Shown: positions 24,801 through 36,800 of the stretch, in pieces
Layout: each line of letters begins with the position of its first letter
Position numbering within the stretch: the stretch's first letter is position 1
From: Raillietiella orientalis
Taxonomy: Eukaryota
Direction of reading: 5' to 3'
DNA: 64,000 bases
Assembly: GCA_036172245.1 (NCBI GenBank)
Contig: JAYWIR010000056.1
Span: forward strand, 434,001 to 498,000
Position numbers and translations under genes: made by a program
Notes under the pieces: model-generated
The model's input: the letters and a program-made list of their open reading frames with translations, nothing else
What the model was told of the DNA's origin: nothing
Database searches by the model: none

Positions 24801-27800
24801 CGTTTCCGAACGGAGAGGGCAGAGGAAGCCAACGAAATCGAGAAGGATAGATACCTTGTGCTGCTTCGCAACGAGATCAATGAGGAAGTTGGTCCTCACG
24901 TTGTCCACGTTGGGAACCAAGATGGAATGGAAGTCGAGGGGAGAGACGTCCACTTGGAGGGATGACTGAACCCGGGAGTCCCAGTGTTCCCAGCCTCCTG
25001 AAGATCTCCGTGATATAAATATCCGCATTCCGGGTTCTTCCTGCTCACCTTCCCCGTCCACGAAGTAGTCGAAGATGCTGCTAGAGGACTCTGGAGGGAG
25101 GCTCAGGTGGGCGTACCTCTCCCGCATGTGCTCCTGCATCTTCTGCCTGTCCCCTGTCTCTAGGAGTGCCCCGACGCTCCACATGACCACGAAGCAATAG
25201 ATGCGCTCCATGTGGCAAGTGGGTAGCTCAAGGGAAGCATCGGCATGGTCGCTCTGACCCAGTGCTGGGAGGAGGCTGTCCAGCAGCTTGATGGCCTGCA
25301 AGGAAACCGTCCGGAGGTCTCTCCTGGAGTACTGATCCCATCCTTCGCAATTGTGCGCCCGGTCCTAGAGGACAGAGGACCGGAGAGGTCACATCTTGGA
25401 CCAGGGATTGCCCCTGGTCGCAAGAGGTGACCCGTCCAGCCCAAAGGCCCAGGGAAATTGAAGACTGAACTCGAGCTTCCTTTTCCGGAGTGCAATTCTC
25501 CTGGTTAGTGGTTGACCATGAGATCACTGGAGGGGAAAAGCAGCCAGAAGATGCCCGCTGTCGTCAAGGAGCGTCGTGGTGACAGAGACAACTCGGAAGC
25601 GATTCGTGTTTATTTCTGTCTCTCTGCGCGCGCGCGAGAGAGATGAGCCTGTGCGAGGTGCCCATCGTGGGCTAGCATAGTCCTCTACCTCTTTTTTCTT
25701 TCCCGCGCGTGTACGTCGTCGGCTCTTCCTAGAGGACACAGCTGACCTCAGGGTCCGCTTCCGTCTGAATCTCGGAAGCTGCAGCCCTCCACTGCTCCCT
25801 GAATGGAACCCGGAGTCTGCCAAGAGGTTACGGTCGTTTCCGGCGAAGCTGCTCCACGTACGTACTGGACTGGATGGCCAACAAAGTGATCCTTGCAGCA
25901 TCCATTCGCCCCATCTCGGGCTGCCATCTCACGATCCGGCAGCGCCAGCAAACGCAAGATCGCGACCCGAAGAACTCTTTCGCCCTCAACCGTCTCCGGG
26001 CAGAAGCGCGGAGAGAGTGCATGCGCCGATACCCTCGCCTCGGCTCGGCTTCGGAGCGGTATGACATCATCACGCCTCCCAGGTGGTCCGGACCGCGTCC
26101 TTCACACCCGCGCCAAGCGTCGCCGCCGACAGCTGCTTCCTCGCTCTTCTCTGCTTTGCTCCTGCTAGCACCAGCGGGAACCCGGACTCAGGAAGGAGGA
26201 GAACGGTCTGCGACCGACGGGCGTGTCTCCACGCGGGCCGGGCGAACTCGGAACGGCGGAGGCAAAGGACGCCTCCAGCTGCCTGCGGTCCTTCGTTTTC
26301 GTCCAGCCCTCCACCTCCCTAGGATCTCGGCAACACCCGCTCGCTGGATCCCTTGATGACGCTTTTGCGCCGGGATGGGGCTGCGCATCGGGCTTTGAAG
26401 ATTTCCCTTGCCACGTTGGGCTCTGTCATCCCCCTGCGCGAGTGCGTTTGGTGACCAAAGGGAGTTCCCTGTACGGTGTTCCCTTTGGCCACCAAACGCC
26501 GACCAAAGTAGAGGTAGCTTCGCACTCGGACACTCCTCTCCTCCCTCGCCCGGCCTTCAAACCGTTGGCAGGGAGCTTGGGAGATCTCACCACGGCAGAA
26601 TACCATGCAAGCAATGATTTCTTTTTCTTTCATCCACGCAGGATAAGTATTCCGTGATCTTCGGATCTTGTACATCCTTTTCTGTACTGTCCTTTCTTGG
26701 CTTGGTCGCGTAGACTCGCATAAGCGTTGCCGGGAGGAAGGCCTGCTTGACCGAGAATTGCTGATAAGAGACCGCAAAGAGTTTGCTGACCGAGCGGTAT
26801 GAACGGTCGTGGGACCTTCCGCAGCCAAGAACGAGGCGCGAGGAGGCGTGGGCACTCCGTTCGGAAGAAGCTCGCTTGGCCTCTTCCGGCTACCACCAGT
26901 TGCCTCAACCCCTGCGTTTCCTCTTCCGCCTGCTCCCCCGACTGGAGGATGCAGCTGCTTCCAGGCACACGACCATGAGTTCTCCCCCGAGGCTTCGAGC
27001 GCTAGGTTCCATCTTCATGCTGGCTGACCAAGGTTTAGCTCTCCGGACATATCCCTAGATCTCTTCTCACGGATTCCTTGAAGTTTTCATCTGTGCTCAG
27101 TCCACAGCACCGTTTTGCATTCCTGGCAGTGACTTTTAGTCAGAAGGAAAGATGACCTCTCTCGTGCTAAAACCTATCTCAAGGAAATCTCTTCTTCTGT
27201 CTCAGAGTCACTAATGGCGCTGAACTTTGAGAGGATGGGGCGAGTTATTTTCTCACCGGTTCTTCCATCATCTTGACTTTGTTATGAATCATTCATGAAT
27301 GGGAACAGAAAACAATGGAAGTGTCCATTGACATGGGTCAAAACAGTCGATGAGAAGGATGGAGGTTTGGAATGTGCTTTTACCCACCATGGAATTTTTT
27401 CAAGAAATGTGTTTTTTTAATAGCTTTTCACTCTTGAATCAGGACAACATCTTCATTTTGCAGGTGCAATCCTGGATCCAAATGTTCGATGGGACATGAA
27501 GTCTGTAATGATGATTTCTCAGCGATTTTTGGGAGAATACGATTCCGGCGCTCCAGACACGATGGATCAACTGTTATTGTTTGTAATTCTCGATCTCTCA
27601 TTTTCCTGGGAACGCGTGCCACACGCGAGAAAGGCAAGACTTGTCAAAGACGGACTTCAGATACGCTTAGCTGGCTTCTTTCTCTTTTTCAAAGGGTGGA
27701 TACTTGCTTGACACTCGACAGTCGTAATTCGTCCCCGAGGCCTGGGGGAACCTTGGTACCGGAAAGGAACTGGTTCGTCCCCCCACGCTGCGAGTTCGAA

Positions 27801-30800
27801 TCGAAATTCCTGCACGCCGTGCGCCGACAAGCCGATGCGCACCCCCTGTGGGTGCCTTCCAACGAAACCAACTCACCTGAGAAATCATATTGAATTCCAA
27901 GACCTTCATCTTGTACTGAAGATTCTGGTTGCACCACTTATAAAGCTGGTGGAAGCTCGAGTGGAATAGTGGTCTCAGGACCTCCGATTCGCTTGGACGT
28001 CTGGTAAGAAGCCAGGCTTGCAGGATGACGGTCCAGCTCAGCAGTGAGGAACTCATATAAACCTACAACATTGGAGACAGTGCAGACGGAAAGTGATCAA
28101 GCGGAATCCTGGATGCTCCCCTTCCCGCAAGACGCTCCAAATATTCCAGAAAGCGAAAATTCTGGTTGGTAGACTAATCCCGCTTGTCTTTTCGAACCAG
28201 GCATGCGTTTGCCTTCAAGCTACTTCGGTGGGCCAAGCGAACGTGGTGGAGAACGTTTTTCTGGTGGAGCGGAACTCGCGGCAGGAGTGCACAGAAAATT
28301 CGAGTGAGCACAGTGGACGAAGAGCCAACCGCGCTCCGTGGTTTGGGAAGTCGGTGAATGTTTCGAGTTCGATTTCGAAGGTGACCTTTCGAGGGTACTC
28401 TCTCATTGGGAAAAATAGCAATGGGAGCGTCGAGTCCGCATACGTTCGTATTTTTACTTGCTTCCCTGAGGAAACTGTGAGTTCAGCGGGATCTTCTGGG
28501 GGCACTCTAAGGATCGCGCGATGAGCGATTTATCTGCGTTCGGAAGGAGCTGATCGTTCCGGTAGATTTCTCTTTCGTTGCCCGCAACGCGCTTATCGAT
28601 GTCATTTCGGACGAACGGACGATGTGCTTTTGAGTGCATCACCCAGGCAACTGATTCGCGGAGCGATGGAACCGGTCGAATGGAAGGTCAAGGTCTCTTT
28701 ATCCCTGAGCTTACTCGATCCACTACCATGGGGGAAGCGAACCCGATGATTTCTCCTTTCGCATAGCTGGGTACGAACGCCCAATTTCAAGTGAGGGCCA
28801 CCTGGGTTCTGCCAGAAAGCATCCACCATCTGATCCCATTCAATTCCCCGTAAATCCCGAGACGGGTTGCTTGAGACTAAGAGGAGATTTTGCGGTTCAT
28901 AGCAGCCCTGGCTCCCCAGTACGAACGCCTGAGGACTCGCGTTCGTTCTTCATGGTAACAGCACAGTTTTCTTCCTCCGTGCAAGTAGTCGTACTTCCTC
29001 CGAAGACAAGGGGCATGCTTTCGTGCTTTCCCATCGAATGGGGCCTGGGCTGAATGCACGTGTCAGGGGCGGGGAGTTTTAACACTTCACTGTTTCCTTT
29101 GGAGCATTGTGTGCGTGCGTGCATGCGTTTTTCTTTTAGAAATGTGATTTTCGTTCTTTGCTGGGATTCGAAGAAGAGGAAAGTCATGTACTTCACGGGA
29201 GATGTTGAACTCATCTACTCGTTTGTGTCCTTCGTGACGTTCTACGCTTCCTTTTTGGTGGTGCTGCTTACAAGACGGAAGCATCGGAGAATCACCTTCT
29301 GCATCGCTACGGTTCTCGTCGCGAACGGATTCGCCATCTCCTTCGGCATCCTGTCACCTTCCTGGCAGAGTGGGACCGTGACTGTGTACACCAGATTAAG
29401 CGACCAGGACAAAATCATGGACAAAGTTCAAGTCGGGGTGCACTTCGGGCTGGAGAGCATGAAAATCTCTTTGGCGAATAGAGAAGGCTCGCTGCTTCTC
29501 AATGCATCCCGGAATCTCGATCTCAGCGAGAAGCTGGATTACGCGGCATGTCTGTCAAGCGCGTACCAGAATATTCTGCCAGTCAAGGGACTGCCTGATG
29601 CTATAATGACCGTCGTCTCCCATCTGAATGTGTATTCCAAATGGAAGTACGTCTCACTGGGTCCTTCCGGAATAGAATGGATGAAGCAGTATTACCAAGC
29701 TGGTTACATAGCCAAGTCGATGTTAGTGTACGCTGGCTTTGTGTGGATCTTCACGTTTTATTTTTTCATCATGATTCCGGGATACGCATATCATGGATTG
29801 GGATGCACATCCATTTTCACATTGGCCTCTCCTCTTGCATTCTATGCTCCCCTTTCAGAGTACCCCTTCGTGGTTCACGTGGAAGGCAAGTTCCTCATGG
29901 TCTCTTTCGATTTGGCCTTCTGGGTACTGGTCGTGAGTGGCCTGGTGTCCTTGACAACCACATGTGCTCTGTTCGTTTACCAGGATGTCTTGAAGAATAA
30001 ACTCATCACTGCCTTGGACTTGGATTACGACACCTCTCTTTTCACTTTGTACGCAGAAAGTGATTCACTAGAAAGGTATGAACTTTATCAATGGAAACGT
30101 CGTTTCTTGAGAATCCTATCTCATCAGCGAGAGAGGAAGACTCTCTCCTATCTTCCTCCTGGTCTTTTGAGCGACCTTGGTCAGTGTTTTTCCTATGCGA
30201 AGTTAAGAGATCCCATCACCTCGAGCCTGAACTACGTTTGCAGCCCCTCTGCAAAACCTAGTTCACGTTCGTTGACTCGCATCTGCTCCAAAAACATGAC
30301 GATCGTTCTATCCAGAGTATAGAATGTGCTCCTGGCCTCTTCCCGCTACCAACAGTTGCCTCAATCCCCTCGTTCCCTCTTCCGCCTGCTCCCCCGACTG
30401 GAGGATGCAGCTGTTTTCAGGCATACGACCATGAGGTCTCCCCCGAGGCTTCGAGCGCGAGGTTCCATCTTCATGCTAAGCAGATGATTTCATCCTCTTA
30501 GCATCGATGTTCCTCCTGCAATTACTGTCAAGACGAGCATATTGTTAGAGGTTGAGGATGACTCCTTAAAGCAATGCAGATTACCCTCTAGCACTTCTGT
30601 CTGAGCTGCTGGCTGCTGAGATCGAGCCTGCAGGTGTAATGAGAACTATCCAGAAGCCAGCATCACAAAATAAGATCAGCTAATCCTCGATAGGTTCGGT
30701 GATGCTGACTGGTAGGCATGGCTGCGGACCAGGGACATCACGACATTCGAAAGCTCCTACCGTTATCGTACTGCACGGCAGGAGCTTTTGAATCCCTCGG

Positions 30801-33800
30801 AACGTGAAATTCGATGTCTTCAATCAACGGATGCATTCGTTTAGAGGGAAGACTCTCCCGCGCTACTGCCGCTTTAAAGTTTTCCATCATTATTAATGAT
30901 ACATGTTCAAAACATCAGAGGGTACGATCGGGACCGTGTATGCACTTGCATTGAAGTTCTGTCACGAGAATGAATTTCTGTGTTTGCTCTTCTTTATTTT
31001 GATTTGCGATCTTCAACTTGTAGGAATCAAGCGGACTCTATGGTAGCACAACCAGTCCTTATGTCGCCTGCCCCCACAAACGAGAACGACCCCTGCCCTA
31101 TTTACATTTCGATGATGTTCGTCGCTGATGATTTCAAAACGGCAAAAAGCAGGAAGAAATAGCCCAGCAAATCGAGGTCGTTGAAAACGTAAGAGGTTGC
31201 CATTGCCGGCTGGTCAATTAAAAAGGGAAAGAATGCTCTTCGCTCCAGAAGAATCTGGACAGTCTTTCTCGTGCGAGTGATGCGCGTTTCGACCAAAAAG
31301 AGACACGCCCGAGAGGTTTCTGGAAATGCGCGTCGGCAGAACACAGACCGACCCTTCCCATGTCAGCTTTGGTCTCCTTTCGCGCGGAGGTGGTGCGGCC
31401 GCGCCTGCGCGCATGGGTGCGGTCCGCTTCAGCATCGACCAGAACACGGGCATCCCAGCAAACATCAAGGGCTTCCTTGCTGGAACAAGTGCTTGAACGA
31501 ATGCCCTCTTAGCGAACGGCAGTCTAAAATCAAGCAGAGGAAAATACACCATTGTGGTCAGTATGGCACATCCCTAAGGCGTGGCAATTTCAGTGCCGAG
31601 TTTCGTGAAACGAGGCGAGTGAAACCGAACGCGGGAGGGGGATAGAGCGATTTCCTGGTTCTTGGGATCATCGCGAGGGTTTGCTTAGAAGGAACGGAGA
31701 ATCGAGGGATCTGTCCCAGTTCAAGGTCAATCTTTCTCGTGTGTGGAATCTCATCCCAGCGTGCTCCCAGGACGCCATTTTGAACGAGAAAACGCGAAAC
31801 TTTCGAGATCCATCGATCTGCCGTCGGGGGCCGATGCCACTGAGCTCGTGTTTTGGGACGCGCGGGTGGCGTCCTCGCATGTCCTTCGTCTGTGTGCGTG
31901 CGTCGGTGTTCTTCAGCCAGGCATCTCTAGAGTTGCCCGAAAGGCAAACTTGGGCGCTTTTCTGGACTTTGTCCCTGTTTGGCGTTGCAGCAAGGTGTGT
32001 GAACCTCTCGAGCCAAATTCCTCGAATATCCGGCGGCTATTTTTTGGAAGTTGTCCGGACTTGCTGCGTGCGCGCAAACCAGCACGGACGGCCAAAGTTT
32101 CCAGCATCCCTCGTCCGAGGAAGCCCAAGGAAGTGGCTGCGTCGTTTGGAGCTCTCCATCCGTGCGATGGGAGCGCCGATGTCGACTGTGAGGATCGGAA
32201 CCTCCGAACCGTTCGTCGCGGAGCGCGAGCACACGAGGCGCTGCCGCAGAAGACGCTTCTTGGATGGGCTGGTGTGGCTCGGCCTTGGTTCCCTCGGTCC
32301 ACAAGGTCGCAGGTTCGAACCTCGGCAGCGATGTACCTGACGAGCAACGAGATACCTCTGAATATCTGCTGTGCACCAGATCTTCAGCAGCAAAAATGGG
32401 AATCTGGACAAATCGAAGAAACGGAGGGTGGGTTGCGGAAATGTTCTCTTCCGCATCTCTCCACATAATCCCAAATATCTTGAACAGGATGGTCAAGCAG
32501 ACGCAAATCTGCAAGCTTTGGTTTGAAGACGCCGATTATCTGGGATTCGAATAATCGGCGTCCTCGGATCCGGCATCTTTAGACCCATTGAACTTTATCC
32601 CATTCGAAGGACGATTCGGCATCTTTGAACGAAAGACCTTTCCATTCGGAGGATCGCAGGCAGCGACCTCTAAAGTAAACGCGGAGTGCTTGACAACCCA
32701 GAAGGAAAGGAGCAAAGCCTTCCGAAGAGCACTAGTTCTTTTCCATGGTAAGAAGATCGAGAACTACTTTAAGAATAACTGCGAGGATATCAGGCAACCG
32801 CTTCGGAACACGGAGATGCTGAGATCGCTCAACAAAGATGCTCAGTTACTCAGTAGCGGAAAGCCAAGAAAGAGGTGCCAGAGGTGTTCCCCTGTTGATC
32901 GAAAATGAACTACTGAGAAGAGTGTAAGGGAGATGCAACTGGATGTTAGAATGGAGACAGCACTGTTCAATGAGGCCAGAAGGGAACTTAAACATCTAAC
33001 ATCTCCACCTCTGCTGATGTGGCTGAAGCAAAAATGTGGTCCAGAGATCTGAGAGAGAGTGTCCCGGTCTTCGAGGATCTTGTGCCTTTAGAGTCATCAT
33101 CACGACTGCCTCCGAACTCAGGCCCTAAGGGTCTTCTGAGGGTCTTCCAGGAAGCCTGGAAATCAAAGAACTGCTTCATGTAGCTTGAGATTCTGGAACG
33201 ACAGCTCTCTCAGAAGGACCATTCCTTCTATTGGTGGCGGCTGGACGAAATGGAGGCGCCAATGCCGCCATTGCTTTGTGCACGGTTATGGATACATGGG
33301 AACTTCCGCTAGGCCATCTCGAAGGACGAAAGCTTGCAGCCTCAAAGGACAACGAGGAAGTGCAATGGGTTTCCCTCCTTCCGAAAGATCTGGGCAGTCT
33401 TTTCACCGCCCGAGAATCCTGACGCTCTCCCGGTCTTTTTTGCGTTCCCCTTGGTTATGACACACGGAGAACCTCCTCATCAGAAATTGGCCGTTTGGCC
33501 TCTGGCATTCAGAAAGCGCGAAACATCTGCGGGGTCCCTGCATCTATTAACACGAAAGCGACAATTGTGTTTTACTGTTCGCTACATGTTGTGCCTCCAG
33601 ATGCAGATTTTCCGGATTTGTGAGGTTTCTAGCATCGCATCAGAGGGCGGATTCCTTTTCTTTGCTTTGCTTTCCTCGTACAGAAGCGGAAGGACAGCGC
33701 TATTTCTTTATCGAGCCTTCATTCTGAATGAAATCTTCTAGAGCTTTCGAGACAGCCGGGCAATCATCTCTTGGAGCCTCAGGTGGATCAGAAAGAACCA

Positions 33801-36800
33801 TGGCACGCCTGTGAACTCCCATCCCTGATCCAGGTGACGCGGAGATGAAATTTTCGACTCGGATACCACGGACGGCATCAATGGTTGTGATTGATGTAGG
33901 AGCGACGACGGCGCTTTCGTTTCTTCCTTTACCGTGGCCACGCTGCCGTTGAAAGAGTGCAAAGGGAAGGGTGGCGCAGAGCCAGAAATGGTGAAGGGCG
34001 GACCTACGTGACATCAGCAGGAGGCAGGCAAGAGACGCGAACGTCAGAACCGCGGACGAGCTCATGTTGCAACAGCCCCGATTACCATTCCGTTGCGAGA
34101 CACCGTGGCAGGAGATGCGTTGTCAATGTTCTCCGGTTCGAAGATGATCTTGCAGTTTGGCGACATGGGGATGCGATCCCCGTTCGCCAAGGTCAGCGTC
34201 TTGTTGTCGTCAAGGACCGAGTTGAGGTTTTCTATCCAGACAGCATCCACGGGTCCATCCAGTACCAGCCACATGTGCTCGTCTATGAAGAAGAGGCTCG
34301 CTAATCTGCTCATTGGCACTCTCGTACCTGCCTTTCTTGGTTTTCAGAGTCCTGCGCCAAAGGGAAGAAAAGATCCCATCCGTCCAGTCGTTGGTAGCTA
34401 TATCGATCCTGCCAAACATCTGCGACACCGTGATGGCCTTGGGGTTCATCCTCACTTCCCTGTAGATTTTCAGGTTGCTGTTGCGAGCTGGTTCTTTCAG
34501 GGTTCCCCTCCCGTCCACAAATCCGCGACCCAAAGAACTCCGTCTCGGCGGATCCCACTGTGGTGGGCGGCTCTACTTGGTGCAACACCCCGCTCGGTAC
34601 ACAAGTCGTCGATCTCCCTCCCTTTCCCCCCGTCCTCCAGACGGGATGCTCGACGCGATCCGGATTCCGGAAACGAGGGTTTCCGCTGGCAGAGTCGCTC
34701 AGCGTGGACGCTCTGGGCGCTGTCCGGCGGCACGAGGTTTCCGCTTGCCGGGGTTTGGTGGCAGCAGCGGTTCTCCAGGGACGGAGCGGCACGTCTAACA
34801 TGCCCTACCCAACACCGGAGGTTCTTTTGGAGTCTTTTTTTGGAGACAGAGAACGTAGTAGCTGGCAACTCCAACGAGTCAGAACCTCGGCAATGCTGGA
34901 CTCTCCTCCGAAGAAACGGTGGAGAGCAGAGACCTCGCCTTCACAGGAAGAGCGAGGCATAGCAAAAGCGTCAACCATCCGCTGGTGCAGGAACCCTACT
35001 AAATAGTGGACTCCCTATTTTTTTCCCTACAACCGTGCGTGAACGCAGATGCGGTTTGGAAACCTAGCTCAAGACGTCACTCCTTGAAATCCTCTCAGAA
35101 GACCCGATCGCTGGCCATTCCGGGTCGTGACCTCCGCCGGAACGCTCCTGCGCTGCACGAATGCAGCAGCATTTGCTATGACATTATCAACGACCGTTTT
35201 CTTACGTGGGTGGAAGTCCTTTACGTGCAGGTCTCTGGCGGGTTTTAACCTCGTGACGCAGTCCGCGCGGAACGGGTGCGTTGCCATGCAGCCGTCGGCG
35301 CAGTTCGGATCGAGCGACAGCACCATCCTGGTCCAGGAAAATTAGCACTTGATGAGAGGACGTGCGCGATCTCTTTCGCATCCTCACGGAACACCGTCAT
35401 CCTCTCCGCAAGAGAAAGCGCCATTTTGTGATACACTGGCAACAGAGACGTATGTATCGGAATTGAAATAGGAGCCAGCTCTGGCGGACATTTTGTTCTG
35501 CATGCTCTTCTGCAGTCAGCGTGAAGTAGGAGCAGAGAACTTGCCGAAATCCTCCTGGCCGAAGCTTTCCTCCCATTTGGCATGGACTCTGGCAACAGTC
35601 ATTAGGGAGGCTGGTGACTTCTGAGCTTCCTTTCCCGTCTTGTAAGAAAGCAATCAGGATGCTGGGGAGCACATTCTTCTCACAACGGGCCAGTAGAAGA
35701 TGCCTAGCTCCTTGTCATCTGTACATTGTGAGGGGAGATGCACGAGTTGGTTGCCACCTGTGCAGCTGGTTTCAGCTGCCAGACACAGGTACACCCAGAG
35801 GCCAGGCACACCAGCAGCACCAGCACTCATCATGCTGCCCCTTTGCAGAAGCCCATCTATGCAGCTGAAGGGTTTTGAGTGCCAGTCCGGTCCGATCGAG
35901 GCTGCGTTCTGCTTGCCCTTCCTTTGTCAGGGATGTCAGTGCTCTTTTTCTACTACATTCATTGAGGGTTTGTGACGACCGCTGGCGGATGATTGATTCT
36001 CCACACCCACGCACACAGGCCGCCTCGCGAGGTGGGCTAACGAATCCATTCGAAGGGCTCCCCCAAAGCTTGATGGAAGGTTTGATCCTGCCATTATTCA
36101 AGGCAGCAGCTTGCCCAGACTTGACACTGGCAGCTGCCTTCTCGGGAACACCACCGCAAGAATTCGAGTCCTCTATAGGCAGGTCATGACTGACCCAAAT
36201 TTTCTCAGAATTGCCGTCCAAAGTTTCGATCGGAACCTTCATCATGGGACTAAGAATCATCTTACAGCAAGAAGTCATGGGGAGCACTGAAATCGATAGG
36301 GAACCGAGATAGGGACAAATCTTCGGGAACCACGCTGGAAGTTCTTCCCTTTCTCGGGATGAGTTGGTCTCCAAGTGACCGACATTATTTTGATGATTTG
36401 AAAATTTTGGAGAGGAGGAACAACGCCATCCTGGTAAATTTTGCTCTTGCACTGCCGCCAAGATCACATGCTCTTGGCGCTCTTCCCTGAAATGACGTCG
36501 GATGCCTCGAAACAGACAGAAGAGAACTTTGATCTTCTTTCCTGAAGGTTTCTGAGGGCTTTCCCGCGGACATGCAACTGTTAGCGCCGCTGTCCCTCTT
36601 TTCGGACCCAAAGTCCGATTTCGCCCCGTACCCCACTGCTTTGAGGGTGCTCTGGAATTAGCCAGAACCTTCGCGGGCGGTGGAAGCGCTGCAGTTTTGC
36701 TAAGGAGGGCCGTTCGAGATGGAGTTCTGAAAACTCCTTAGGAGTGTTCGCAGAACGCAAAGCAGGTGGTGGTGACTCGCTGCTGTGAGCGAAGTTCGGT

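Noticed and set aside
31681..32514. Cluster of overlapping 140-240-aa ORFs as a second nested gene
   Set aside because: ORFs occur in several frames on both strands, as expected for GC-rich DNA, with no recognisable domain.
35772..36611. 279-aa ORF as a real gene
   Set aside because: No coherent domain; at most a decayed retrotransposon remnant.
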